Positions 42,701 to 55,053 of a stretch of DNA of 64,000 bases are shown here, piece after piece. Every line of letters begins with the position of its first letter. The stretch's first letter is position 1. Origin of the DNA: Oopsacas minuta (Eukaryota > Animalia > Porifera). The notes below the pieces were generated by a model. It searched no databases and was not told the origin of the DNA. It saw only the letters and a list, made by a program, of their open reading frames with translations. The position numbers and the translations under genes were made by a program. The stretch is taken from NCBI GenBank assembly GCA_024704765.1, contig JAKMXF010000022.1, forward strand, positions 124,001 to 188,000. The letters are read 5' to 3'.

Positions 42701-45700
42701 CGTGAAGTGAGGATATATTTTATTCATTTCACTTATCTGATATATTTAAATTTATACAAAAAAGTTACAAGCTTTTAATGGCACTATTTTCTGCAGAAAT
42801 GTGATATTTCTCGGAATGAAGTATTATATTTCTTAACATTCATCAATTATTCTGATTAGGTAGCTTGATTAGTATTGTACATACCACAATTACTCCATTT
42901 CAAATATTGTTAGGCAGTCTTCAACCATCTCACACTACAAATATAATCGATGTTCGGAGAAAATTTCACAATCACTTGCCAGCTACAATAAATTGAAACA
43001 CTGTGTACCGACCTTTAGTTTTCATCCAGTTTAAGATTCTGTTCATCCTAAAATTAGTTCAAGGATTTATCTACAACTTTTCTATTTTATTAGAAGCTTT
43101 TGGAAACAATAATTTACACAAAAATTTATATATAACAATTACTAAGTTCATCTGACCAATCACATTGCTCTGACTCCACGGGATAATCATCCTTACTTCA
43201 TTCTTAAACAGAATAGTTGAATACAAATGTAATTACTACAGTAAAATGCAATTTTACCAGTTCTAATTATTGAATTTAATTCCTCATTTAGTTACGTATT
43301 TTTGTATTACCGCCCACAATATAGTTGATAAAAGTGCTTATACATTACAACCATGTCTAGCACGTTGCGATAACTCCCAATAAAGACGTACTGGTCATCT
43401 AGTGGGCTTAGAATTAACCTTGAAACGGCAGATGCTGATGTATCCAATAGACATAGTCTGAACACTTTCGGGAGTATTCTACTCCATTCATCAATTGATA
43501 CTTGATACCTCGCCTCCCCAATAATGCACTAATTACATTAATGTCATATCCTCCTACTTATACTATACGTATATAAATGTAATATACATTCTCTAATTAT
43601 TTATTATTTAATTCACTCAGAATTATAGAATGAGTTCACCTTTGCATCGAACACACTCTGCCCTCCCTTCTGTAACCCCTCCCAAAGCTACAGTAGCTAA
43701 AACTCCTAAATATACAGCTGGGAGCGCGAATAGGACGACAACCTCAACAACTCCTAAGGCTACAGTAGTTAGAACAAGTCCTAGGGCGACTGGGAGTGCT
43801 ACTAAAACTAATCCTCAGAGTCGGAACACTCCCATTACCCCCAAATCAACCAGCTCAGCGGCTGTTAGAAGTAATAAATTGCTACTGAACTATACTATTA
43901 GTTTGATTGACTTATTTACTGACTATTCTCTGCAGGAACTCCTCAATTGAATTCTAGTGCAGGACCTAAAATAGGAGCAGTAGCCAGCATGAAAGGTCCC
44001 GCTTTCTCAAAGTCTAGATCAGCTACAGGTTCCCGTGTTGTTTCTTCAAACAGAACAGGTTTAGGAGAGAGGTTAGTCGTATACAATATGCGCATGCTTC
44101 TATCAATTAGAAATGTAGTTAGCAACCATAATAGTCTCACAAAACGAATCCATGAGGCTTGCAATCCCAGAAATAAAAGATATAATTTGAAATATTTGAG
44201 AAAAAAATGCACTAAAATTAAAGAGTATCAAACACGGAAACTGGTAATGTTAATTTTTGTAGAAATCCCCTAATCAGTCAGTAGTCAGCCAATTATATTA
44301 TTGCAGATATTTTCAGAGTATATTGGTGAAATTCTTCGGGTACTTTTCTTTGAGGTCAAGGGGGGTAACCAGTTTCAAGTTCAGGGGGATGAAGTGGGCA
44401 GGAACATTTTTTTTGTTATCTCAACCTGAATACGCCCCTGTTGAGAAAATCAAATTTTGTCTTTGTAGTAATGGTCATGTCTAGCCTATTAAATTAATGA
44501 AATCATAAATTCTTAGATTGCAATTTAGAGATTTTTATTTAGAATAAGAAACAATCCTCAAGGTCGCCCCAAAACTCCAACTCTTGCTCCAGGGTTTCAA
44601 AACTTATCCGTGAGAAAAACATCTAACCCTGTCATCAGCCAATCTACAAGAAGCAGACCAACTAGTCAGGGGGTAGGTTCTGCCTCTTCCAACTCTTCTC
44701 TAAATAGCAGTCTGAAAGGATCAATTAAACCCATAACAAGATATAATACATATGGTTCTACCGAGAGCTTACAAACTCCTGGCACTAAGACAGGGAGTGC
44801 TAACAAAAATCAAAATTCTACTTCTCCCAAAATACAAGGTATGTATTTACAGATTCTCCTTGTTTGAAATAAAAGTGAATAAGTATGTATTTTTTTGATT
44901 TATTAACTCAAATATCATTATAACTCAAATAATTTTGCTGGTCACTACTACGTACATAATTGAGCATTGTAAGTTAGTTTAATGAGTTCAATTCTTGATT
45001 CTATTGATCTGTAGGCTATTACTTGTGAATTTTTAATGTAGCAGTTATTTTAGCTAGGTCTAAGGCTAGCGAATCTCTCTCACATCTAACTTTTATTATC
45101 CGCTTGCGTATACAGTCGATCTCTTTCTCCAAATTGTTTATTCTGCAAGAAGTCAGTTTGTTTTCAATTTTTATGTTTGACCTTGAGCGCCTATCATTGA
45201 TTGGACGTTTCTTCTTTTGGATTTTGTGTATCCTCTTTGAGTGAGATGATACACCGACCCGAGTAGAATTCTGTCGAATATAGAGCAGCAATTTCTTATA
45301 ACTCTTACTGCCAACCCACTGCGGATTTGCATCAGCCTAGATATATTATCAAATGTAATACCACCCCGCATACGTAATATATTATTCTTTAGCATGATTT
45401 ATCGCACAAAGTATCTACCATCGTTTTTTTATGCGACAGCCATCTTACCACATAATACTATCCCTAATGTGGTAAGGCATTCTTGAAAATTAGAACACGC
45501 TGAACGAAAAGAATAAAATATACAATTTCTATTAATAATTACTGCACTGACTACGAATCGGAGCTAAAATGAAAACATACAATTTATTTAATTACTTAAA
45601 ATTAAAATTCTACTTACATAGCGTTTGATCATAAGAGCTGTAATCCAAAGCATATTATCTCAAGTTTAAAAGTCGAAATTTCAAAAATAATAAACTAAGT

Positions 45701-48700
45701 AATGTATGTATTTCTCAAAACAAGGTATTTATATACTATGGTGGGTGATGGGAGATGATCTACGTTCTCACATTGATGATACAGTAAATTGAATTCTTTA
45801 ATCTTTCTATAACGTTTTCTATAGAAAGCCAGAAAAAAGTGCTATCTCGCCCTTTGTTTTGTTTCAATCAAATAGTAGTGCAACCAATATGATTTCATAA
45901 TGAAGATAGCACAGAGCTGCTTATCATGTTTATAGATATCTTTGTCACATCATCGCTACTGAAGAGCTCAGTTCTCATATGATTACTATAGCTTATTTAT
46001 TTGCTTGTTACAAGCTTCTTGCTCTTGTTCTGCCAATTCGGATTAATTAATTCACCAAATCATTATTACCTCGTTGACATGTTCAACTCGAATGAACTAT
46101 GAATGATACAATTATAGCACCCAGTTGGGAAATTGATAGAATCCCTCTTAGTACTTTTGTAACGTGAATGTGTTTCTAATTGCAATTTGTATCCTCTTTA
46201 GGAAGTTCAGGTATATCATCTCCTGGAAAAACTACACCAAAACATACTCCAACAAGTAAGTGTATAGCTACTTAGTGTGAACTTTAGACTTATTTATTGT
46301 GACATCTATTTAGGTAATTATAGCCCCGATAAACAGAGAACTGGAGTGGCAAACAAACAAACTGCTTCAACCTTATCACGCCAAATAAATAGTCCGGTTA
46401 GGACACAATCTCCGCAAACAAGTAACCCGATTCGTACTACTACATCTAATGCCAGTGTTGCATCTCGGAATAGGTCCCAAACAGCTGTAACGCCTGTCAA
46501 CACTAGGGAAGTAGGGAAGAATACAACTCCTTCTAAAACTCCCAGTACTGCAACAACACGAAATCCAAACCAGTACAATCCAATAACAAGATCTAAATCC
46601 GTGAATGCTACCATTCCTCCAACCAGACTTGCAACGAAAGTTCAAAGTGCAACATTTCTTCCCCCTGCTCAAAAGAAGGCATCTGCAGGTGCTGCACCTT
46701 TCAAAAGAACTCCAATAATTACAGCTAACCCAGCCAATTCTCCTCATAACAAATCAGCTCAGATTAAATCCACTCAGACCAATTCTCCTCAGACCAAATC
46801 AACTCATGCCAATTCTCCTCAGACCAAATCAACTCAGGCCAATTCTCCTCAGACCAAATCAACTCAGGCCAATTCTCCTCAGACCAAATCAACTCAGGCC
46901 AATTCTCCTCAGATCAAATCAACTCAGGCTAATTCACCCCAGATCAAATCAACTCAGGCTAATTCACCCCAGATCAAATCAACTCAGGCTAATTCACCCC
47001 AGATCAAATCAACTCAAGCTATTCCATCTCTCCACACAGACAAGTCTATACTTCCTCCTAATACTGTTACCTCTCACGACAATGACCCTTTTGGAATTCC
47101 TCTAATCGCACCCACTAGGTAGAGAAACATTATGTTATTAATTATACTCATCGATTGTCTGTTTGATTATTATTGGTATATATAGGCCGAAAGAATACGA
47201 CCACAGACTGCAAGTAAGAAATAAATTACCTGCCAGGCCAACCAGAGGTTTAATTCAACAAAACGCCACTGAAAATCACTTGAATACTATAAAGAGGGTT
47301 AGATTAACTTTTAATACTATTCTTTATCAATTACGTATATATACTGATTACCTTATTCTTAGAAAGTATCAGTATCTTGTCCCAATTCCCCACGAGCTAC
47401 TCCAGATCTTTATTCAGGTAAAATACTGAATTAATTAATGTACATGAAATACAGTTAGCCATACTTATGCATTGTGTTTCATTCTTCTACTTTCTGCCGG
47501 ACTTATTCTATTCAGTAATTACATTGTTTGCACACATTCCATTCAAGTTAGCCCACAAAACACAAAAAGCCATTATTTTAATCTAATTCAAGCTAACAGT
47601 AAGCACCATCAGCGTATAACAAAATAAATGCAATTATATTTGGCATAATCTTTTGATGGTTCATTATTTCATTTCTATAACTATCCTATCTTAAATATTT
47701 GGATACTGTAATGTTAGATATTTGATATACTTAATACTGGTCATCCTAGACACAGCATGAATTTTACAACTTAGTGAAAATGTCTACATTATCTTAATTA
47801 AGATTCTCATTAGATGTACTCCTACGTAATTAATATGCAAGACTTAGGACCTACTTGAAAAAGGACTCTTTCACTAATTTATAGAATAAATTATTCATTT
47901 TTCTGAGAATTAAATGTCTCTATAACATAGCGAATAATTTAATTCATTAATATAAGTCTATCTTAGCTGGAGAAAACCCGATTCAGACAAAACTGGATGT
48001 GAAGACATTCAAATTTCTCCTGAAACCTCGAGATAAAGAATCTCTGCTGATGGGCGCTGCAGAACGTTCTCCAATATACACTTCACACGAACACGTACTA
48101 ATTAAAGTCAAAGGTAATATGCTTTGTTAAATTTGTTTTTGTATTGAAAGTAATACTGCGTAATACTTCCTCACTTTTTATAGGGAAAAGACAAGTTCAT
48201 GCTCGTATTACAGAACCTAAAGTCACCTCGATGAACAAAGGAAACGCATACATTTTCATTTCCCTGACAGAACTTTGGCTCTGGGTTGGCCCAGATGCAA
48301 ATCCGGCAGAAGTTTCAAAGGTAGAAGTGTGTTTCATATTAGTTTCAATATTTCCTCTACTTTTGATTAATTATAATTTGGTGAAACTTTAGGCCAGAAG
48401 TTTAGCAAATCGAATCTTCAAACAGAAGGAGTTAGGTTGTAAAGCTATTTTCTTGTCTGAAATAGATTTCCGAGAACAGAATACAAACACGACTCGGACA
48501 TACGCTCTCTTTAATGCATTGGAGGGAACAGAAAAAGAAATTAGAGGTATTACAGTAGTATACTATACGTATTAGTGAATTATTGTTATTTCAAGCCATC
48601 AACTCCACTGAATTAATTGGGACATATTGCAGTTGTTGCAATTCAATGGCGGATTATTGGTATTTAGTGATTCTGTATTTGTAGCAAGTACAAGTGAAGA

Positions 48701-51700
48701 TTCTGATGAAATATATGAAAAGGGAATGGCATTAGTAACTAAAGTATACGAAGTAGTGAGCTTACCTGATGGCAACTTCATCGCAACTATAATTCATGAA
48801 GACAAGTATATTAGCGTCAAAACAAACATGCTAAAAACAGAGAAGGTAAACACTAATTAAGCATCAATGCGTCATAAGTAGATTGACCTGCATTATACAT
48901 CAGTTATACACTTATTGTATTATTTTGTCTACGTATGATTATTGTCATAATGTATCCACAAGCTAACCACAAGAGTACCTCCTCTCACATTGCACGTTCG
49001 AAATATTTATATGTCACACAAATACATACGTCAATAAACAATAATCAGTTCTATTTTTGAAGGTCACACGCACTCACTGCAATGCGAATGATTCCGAATT
49101 AATAAATTTAACAGTAATATTGTTGAAATAGAATGGGGAGGTGATTTACTACATTTTCTTGAATTAAGGTTTTGATCTTCGATTTCGGCACAGAAGTATA
49201 TCTGTGGGTTGGAAAACAATCAGCTGCGAATCCTCAATTGAGGAAGCAAGGAGAGAAGATGGCTAAAGAAATATTTGACAACTGTTACGCAGCTCCTTCA
49301 TTCGATCCTAATCATATATTAACAAAAACAAACAGTCCTAATAAAAACACTAACTCTTTATCTCTCATGACAAACAGAGCTACTGGACAGATAGAGAAGA
49401 ATCTAGAAGGAAAAGCGATTGGTGTCTCTTCTCCTGATCACGCACAAAAAGTTGTACAACAATCTCCTCAACGTAATCCGGCAGTTAAACAGACCAATCC
49501 ACAATCAAGACTGGTAAGAATTAAATATTTGAATTTCCCTAATTTACAAGATCAACTTATTTCTAATTTATAAAGAACTCAGCTAACAAATCAAAAACAG
49601 TATCACCTCTTAAAACCAATACCAATACAACAACCAAACGAATACCGAGCACAGTAACTAGAGATAGAGTGATGAATGTGAACACACACCTCACAGCTAG
49701 TACTCCTTCTACTGGGAGAGCACAAGCTTCCCGTGCCTCTAGCACTCCTCCTAAGAAAACATTGGAAAGAAAAACAGCAGCTACTCCACAACCTCCAGGC
49801 CTAGGTAGAGCTATGTCTACTGCTCGAGGTACCATATTATCTGAAAATACTAGTCACCTACACAACAGGTATATTTACTATACATTATCTTATACACACA
49901 TATAATTATTTCTTTGTATAGACCTCGTTCACAAGAGGGGAACAGAGAGGATATGCTAGCACCTGAACACAAGACCCCTGTATACACTAATCAGGTTAGA
50001 CCTGCTTACAGTGTGCTGGCTAGAATGAATGAGGGAGCTGAGACTGTTTTATTCGGAGACAAGTTTTCTGATTGGAAAGGAGCTCTTGGAATTATTAGCA
50101 CTAAACCAGCAGAGTTAGGCAAGAAAAACCTAATTGTAAGATTCCTGAATATTCGTCCCCTAAGAATTCTTAATAATTATTTTATACTACTCTAGGCTGC
50201 TCATATTGAACTAACACCATGCGACACTAAGCTAATGCTACAAGAACGGAAGGTTCCGTCTTCTATAGTAGATCGTAAGTGCTTTGTATTTTTCGAAATT
50301 GAAATAGATATTTATACACAATACATTATTTAGCTGTTGTAAACAGACTGAAAGCTGACAATGTAAAAACAGTAAGTCTGAAGAAATGGCTAGTGAAGGA
50401 ATACAACAACGAATTCAAACATTTTGAACTGAACCATGATGAGTTTCCCCTGTTCTATTCAAATGAATGCTACGTGTACAAATGGATATACGAGCATACT
50501 TTATTCCCGATTCGGAAAAACAGTATGTTATTTAACTAAACATTACGTAATAATAATTACAGTAAAGGGATTGAATAATATATAATAGACCTGAAGACGA
50601 CAAGTGCAACAAAGGAGAGAGGAATGATTTTCTTCTGGCAAGGTGACGAATGTTCTATCAATGCGAAAGGTGCTGTAGCTGCCATTAGCATTGAAATTGA
50701 TGAAGATGGAAATTTACACAAAGTAAGTCTGACTTATAATATTTACATAATCTCAACTAAAAGGATTTGAAATCAATCTCTTAATAGGAACGACTGCCCC
50801 AGGGTAAAGAAGATGCCCTATTCTTGCAATTATTTAATGGAAAAATGACTGTATATCTTGGAAAGTAAGTTCTAACATAAATTCCAATTTATTATAATAA
50901 CTAATTGAACACTTTTCTCCTTAGGTCAGACGATAATCATAATTATGGTATGTAACTTGAGTTCTCATGTATCAGAATAATTCACACATGCCTGAATTTA
51001 TAGATACATTAATAGATAAATTCTTCTTCGTGAGAGGGAGCACTCCTTCAGAAACCTGCCTTATAGAAATACCTCCTGAAAATCTATGTCTAAATTCACT
51101 GGGATGTTACGTATACACTTGTGAAGCAGATCAGACCGTGTATGCATGGAGAGGAGCCAACTCTTCTCCTGCTCAGAATGCTTGTCTTGAAACAGTAGTC
51201 GAGAAGATAACTATCAGGTATTCAATCGAACGACGAATAATCACCATCTTCGCATTCATTTGAATACCCGTATATTTTAGGAAGAACTTTACTATCGTGC
51301 TAATCAATGAAGGTGAAAGTTCTAACATATTCGATAAGTTTACTGTAGACTCATCGTCTATAGTTTCTGCAACAGGTTGGCTTACTGATACCTTATTACA
51401 AATTGACATTATTAATGCTAGCTGAACATATATTAATTACAGGTGCTGAAGTTGTCATAAATACCCCCCATCTGTTCGAGCTATGCGGAGCTTCTGGACA
51501 ATTCACATTCAATCAATATATCCCACAGATCTATACGAATGAGCAAAACCCGTTAATATTCTTACAACTTGATCTCTATTCAGCACAACAACCAAGTAAA
51601 TACTATTATTATACACACATGCAATAGCTTATATTATTTACTTTAAAATTTGTGTATAGCCATATTTATGCTGGATGTCTATTATGAGGTTTACATATGG

Positions 51701-52400
51701 TTTGGTTGGTGGCCTAACAAGACACATAACTCTAGAAACCATGTCACATCTGAGTCTCTAACTAATACAGGTGTATCTGATACGAGATGGCAGGGTGATA
51801 AGAAGTTGGCTATACAGACTGCACTCAATTATGTCAAAGGTAAGACAGATGACAGATATGTTATATGTATCTTATAAAGCTTATATATTCGTCTGTAGAT
51901 GCAGGTAGGATGAATTGTCCAGTGTATGTAACATTCGCTGGTTCAGAGCCAGAATCTTTCAAACATTTATTTCCCTTTTGGATCATGAAGAAGGATCTAA
52001 ATGGGGTTTCTAGGAACGACAATCCATTCCACCCTCGGGGAAAAGTTCTAGCAGAGGATCTCCTAGCAACTTATACTCGGTAAGTATAAGTATATAGAAT
52101 ACAGATACAAACTAAAGCTATACTTAAGTAATTAACTAGTAATTATTAATTAGAACTCGCTACACTTATGAAGAGTTGACCAGAAGACCTCTACCAGAGG
52201 GTGTGGACCCTGGCAAGCTAGAGATGTACCTGTCTGAACAAGAATTCGAGGTAGAAACTAATTTGAATAATTTATCTGATAAATTCATAATTTTACTATT
52301 CCAATGTGTATAGAGTATATTCAACATGAAAAAGATTGAATTCGGAAAGATGCAATCTTGGAAACAGAAACTCTTAAGAGAACAATACAAGCTTTATTGA
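39724..52400 (+). CDS. SVIL: Supervillin-like protein, ~28 exons: long low-complexity N-terminus, gelsolin repeats, villin headpiece
   Basis: Gelsolin-type exons IKVKGKRQVHAR..KELGCK, VLIFDFGTEVYLWVGK, ETVLFGDKFSDW, FFWQG, VYVTFAGSEPESFKHLFPFW; headpiece RPLPEGVDPGKLEMYLSEQEFE..WKQKLLREQYKLY* (stop at 52400). The upstream exons I checked (39724, 40031, 42536, ~43623, 43936, ~44543) splice with compatible phases. Confidence 0.85.
46754..47020 (+). repeat. Coding minisatellite: 8 full 30-bp units plus a partial unit, encoding NSPQ(T/I)KSTQA
   Basis: Units aattctcctcagaccaaatcaactcaggcc run from 46781 to 47020, with ordered variants along the array. Confidence 0.97.
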
Positions 52401-52705
52401 GTTATTAGGGAACTGACCAGAACCTTTCAGTTGTTGAGAAGAAGCAAAATGCCAATTCCAGCACTTTTATAATCCCGTATTATTTTCTTTTTACAGTAAT
52501 TTTTGTAAAAAAGGACTCTGAAAGAGAGAAAGAGAGTCAAGAAAGTAGGTCTTATTATTGTATATATGTAAGTTTGTTATTATGTGATTCACAATCTTTC
52601 AATTGATTTTATTTATTTCCAACACAACACATCGCAATATTTATTGCTCTTTGTTTCATTAAATTTAATTGTATTACTCAATATTAGGAAAATTTACTTA
52701 GAAAG

Positions 52706-52768
52706 AAAACTCTCGTTATAACAAGGGCTCGTGACCCCGGCTCACTTCGTTATAACTTGATTTTACTG
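52706..52768. mobile_element. Short pogo-type MITE relic
   Basis: Right end GTTATAACTTGATTTTACTG|TA and left end AAAACTCTCGTTATAAC are imperfect inverted repeats. It shares AACTCTCGTTATA with the 28909 element. Confidence 0.5.
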
Positions 52769-53064
52769 TACCCTTTTTGCATCTACAAATATACCTCAAG
52801 TAACAACAAGGTTACTGCTCCCTTTATATATCGAATGCCCCCTCGGATAGTTTATCACCAATTTTCGTACGCTAAGAGTTGATTCTGCCCTTTCCATACA
52901 AAATAATATCAATTCGAATAATAATTAATTTAGGGAAAATAGAATGATGAATATCGAAAATAGGCACAAAACCAGTAAACATTAAGAAAACTAATTCGAG
53001 TCTCTCTAAAGTAAAAACTAACTATTAGCTAAAGTAAAAGTTTAGCAGGGGGAAAGGAAAATAA

Positions 53065-54558
53065 TTAGGAATTCTTTTGTGGGACCTTGATTGTCACTGT
53101 CTTGACCTCCGAGTACTGCTGGACACCGTATTCGCCCAGTTCACGTCCACTCCCAGACATCTTGTAGCCTCCGAAGGGAGCTTGTGGCTCCAGTACATCA
53201 TAACAGTTGACCCATACAGTTCCAGCACGAAGTGAGTGAGCTATTTTTAGTGCTGACTCAATATTAGTAGTGAATACTGAAGCTGCTAGCCCGTACATAG
53301 TGGCGTTTCCTCGCTCAATCACTTCATCGATAGTTTTAAATTTCATGATCTGCATCACTGGTCCGAAGATCTCCTCTTTAGCAATTTTCATATTGTCGGT
53401 GACGTTAGAGAAGATTGTCGGTTCGATGAAGTACCCCTTGTCTCCCCATCTCTTGCCACCACACTCCAATTTGGCTCCTTCTTTCTTCCCACTCTCGACT
53501 AGTCCCAGGATCTTCTCGAACTGAATCTGGTCCACTTGTGGCCCCTGTCCAATCCCAGCGCAAAAAGGATCGCCTATTTTGGTGGTCATAGCTTTCTCAA
53601 TTGTCTTCTTGAGGAATTCATCATAAATATCTTCTTGTACGTAACAACGGGATCCAGCACAACAACATTGTCCCTGGTTGAAGAAGAGTGCGAAATGGCT
53701 CATTTTTACTGCGTAGTCGATGTCTGCATCTTTGAGAATAATGTTAGGACTCTTGCCTCCCAATTCTAAGGTTACATTCTTCAAGTTGGTTCTACCAGCT
53801 GCCTGCATGATCAAGTGTCCCACCTCAGTAGATCCTGTGAATGCTACCTTGTCGATTTCCATATGCTCTGAAATGGCAGCTCCAGCTGTCGGACCGTATC
53901 CTGGAATTACATTAACCACGCCTGGAGGGAATCCCGCCTCTTTGATGAGGGAGGCTAGATAGAGTCCTGTGAGAGGAGTTTGTTCAGCTAATTTCAGAAT
54001 GACTACATTACCAGTAGTCAATGCGGGAGCCAGTTTCCATGCAGCCATTAGAAGCGGGAAGTTCCATGGGATTATCTGACCTACTATACCAATTGGTTCG
54101 TGACGAGTGTAAGTAAAGAAGTTACCGTCAATTGGGATTGTCTTTCCCTGAATCTTGTCAGCCCAGCCAGCATAATATTTGAATACTTTTATCACCAAGG
54201 GCAAGTCAACATCCAGAGCATCCTTATATGGCTTTCCGTTATCCAGAGTCTCTAGCTTTGCGATGTGCTCCCTGTCCCTTTCAATCAGCTGAGCCAGCTT
54301 GTAGAGAAGCATTCCTCGGGCTGAGGAGTCTGTAAGCCGCCATACACTTCCTAGTTCAAACGCCTTCTTGGCTGCTTCGACTGCCTTATCTACATCAGCT
54401 TTATCTCCTTCTTCAATGTCGCAGAGCTTCTCTCCAGTAGATGGATTGATAACAGGGAACTTCTTACCGCTTACAGACGGTATGAATTCATTGTTGATGA
54501 ATATTTGAGTGTGAGTAAGCTTCAGCTTCTCTCCCGTACCTGGAATTACTACCTCCAT
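53065..54558 (-). CDS. Aldehyde dehydrogenase, ALDH1/2 family
   Basis: [63 protein letters not shown]. Confidence 0.96.
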   Translation of the reverse strand: MEVVIPGTGEKLKLTHTQIFINNEFIPSVSGKKFPVINPSTGEKLCDIEEGDKADVDKAVEAAKKAFELGSVWRLTDSSARGMLLYKLAQLIERDREHIAKLETLDNGKPYKDALDVDLPLVIKVFKYYAGWADKIQGKTIPIDGNFFTYTRHEPIGIVGQIIPWNFPLLMAAWKLAPALTTGNVVILKLAEQTPLTGLYLASLIKEAGFPPGVVNVIPGYGPTAGAAISEHMEIDKVAFTGSTEVGHLIMQAAGRTNLKNVTLELGGKSPNIILKDADIDYAVKMSHFALFFNQGQCCCAGSRCYVQEDIYDEFLKKTIEKAMTTKIGDPFCAGIGQGPQVDQIQFEKILGLVESGKKEGAKLECGGKRWGDKGYFIEPTIFSNVTDNMKIAKEEIFGPVMQIMKFKTIDEVIERGNATMYGLAASVFTTNIESALKIAHSLRAGTVWVNCYDVLEPQAPFGGYKMSGSGRELGEYGVQQYSEVKTVTIKVPQKNS

Positions 54559-54805
54559 CAGATGGCGAATACAAATTAGATAACTAGTTGAGTTGAATTG
54601 AATAGTAAAATGATTGTCTAGTTAGGTACCCGAGGTATTTATACAGATTATGGGTTGGGTTCTAAAGTAATTCAATCATGATGTAACAGTATGTCATCTA
54701 CAAATCTTGACTATATGGTTTCGAAACTGACAGTAAATTTTATCAATTTAGTTATCCAAATTGATTAGGACAAAATACCATCTATGATTTCTGAGGAACA
54801 AACTC

Positions 54806-54969
54806 CACTAGGTAATGATGTTTAGGGAAACATCATTCCATAGGAAACTCTGTTTCTCCGAGTGTTTCCCCTTGCGCACTTAGCAACACGTACGCGGGTC
54901 AAGGAAACGGGAAAAAGTATTCCGTGTTTCCCTAAACATCATTCACTAGGAATAATGTTTGGGGAAACA
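54806..54969. repeat. Palindromic/foldback element built from TGTTT-RGGG-AAACA hairpin units
   Basis: Perfect 19-bp inverted repeat 54814-54832 / 54925-54943, a 10-bp stem hairpin 54814-54837, and a degenerate direct copy 54944-54969. Confidence 0.75.
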
Positions 54970-55053
54970 GGATTCCCTATTACACCTGGTTTTAGTAACA
55001 ACCAATTATAATACGTATTTGCTCTTCACACAGAGACACTTATGAATTAGATA

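Noticed and set aside
46781-47020. 30-bp repeat array considered as a CRISPR array
   Set aside because: The units are contiguous with no unique spacers, lie in frame in a eukaryotic exon, and there are no cas genes.
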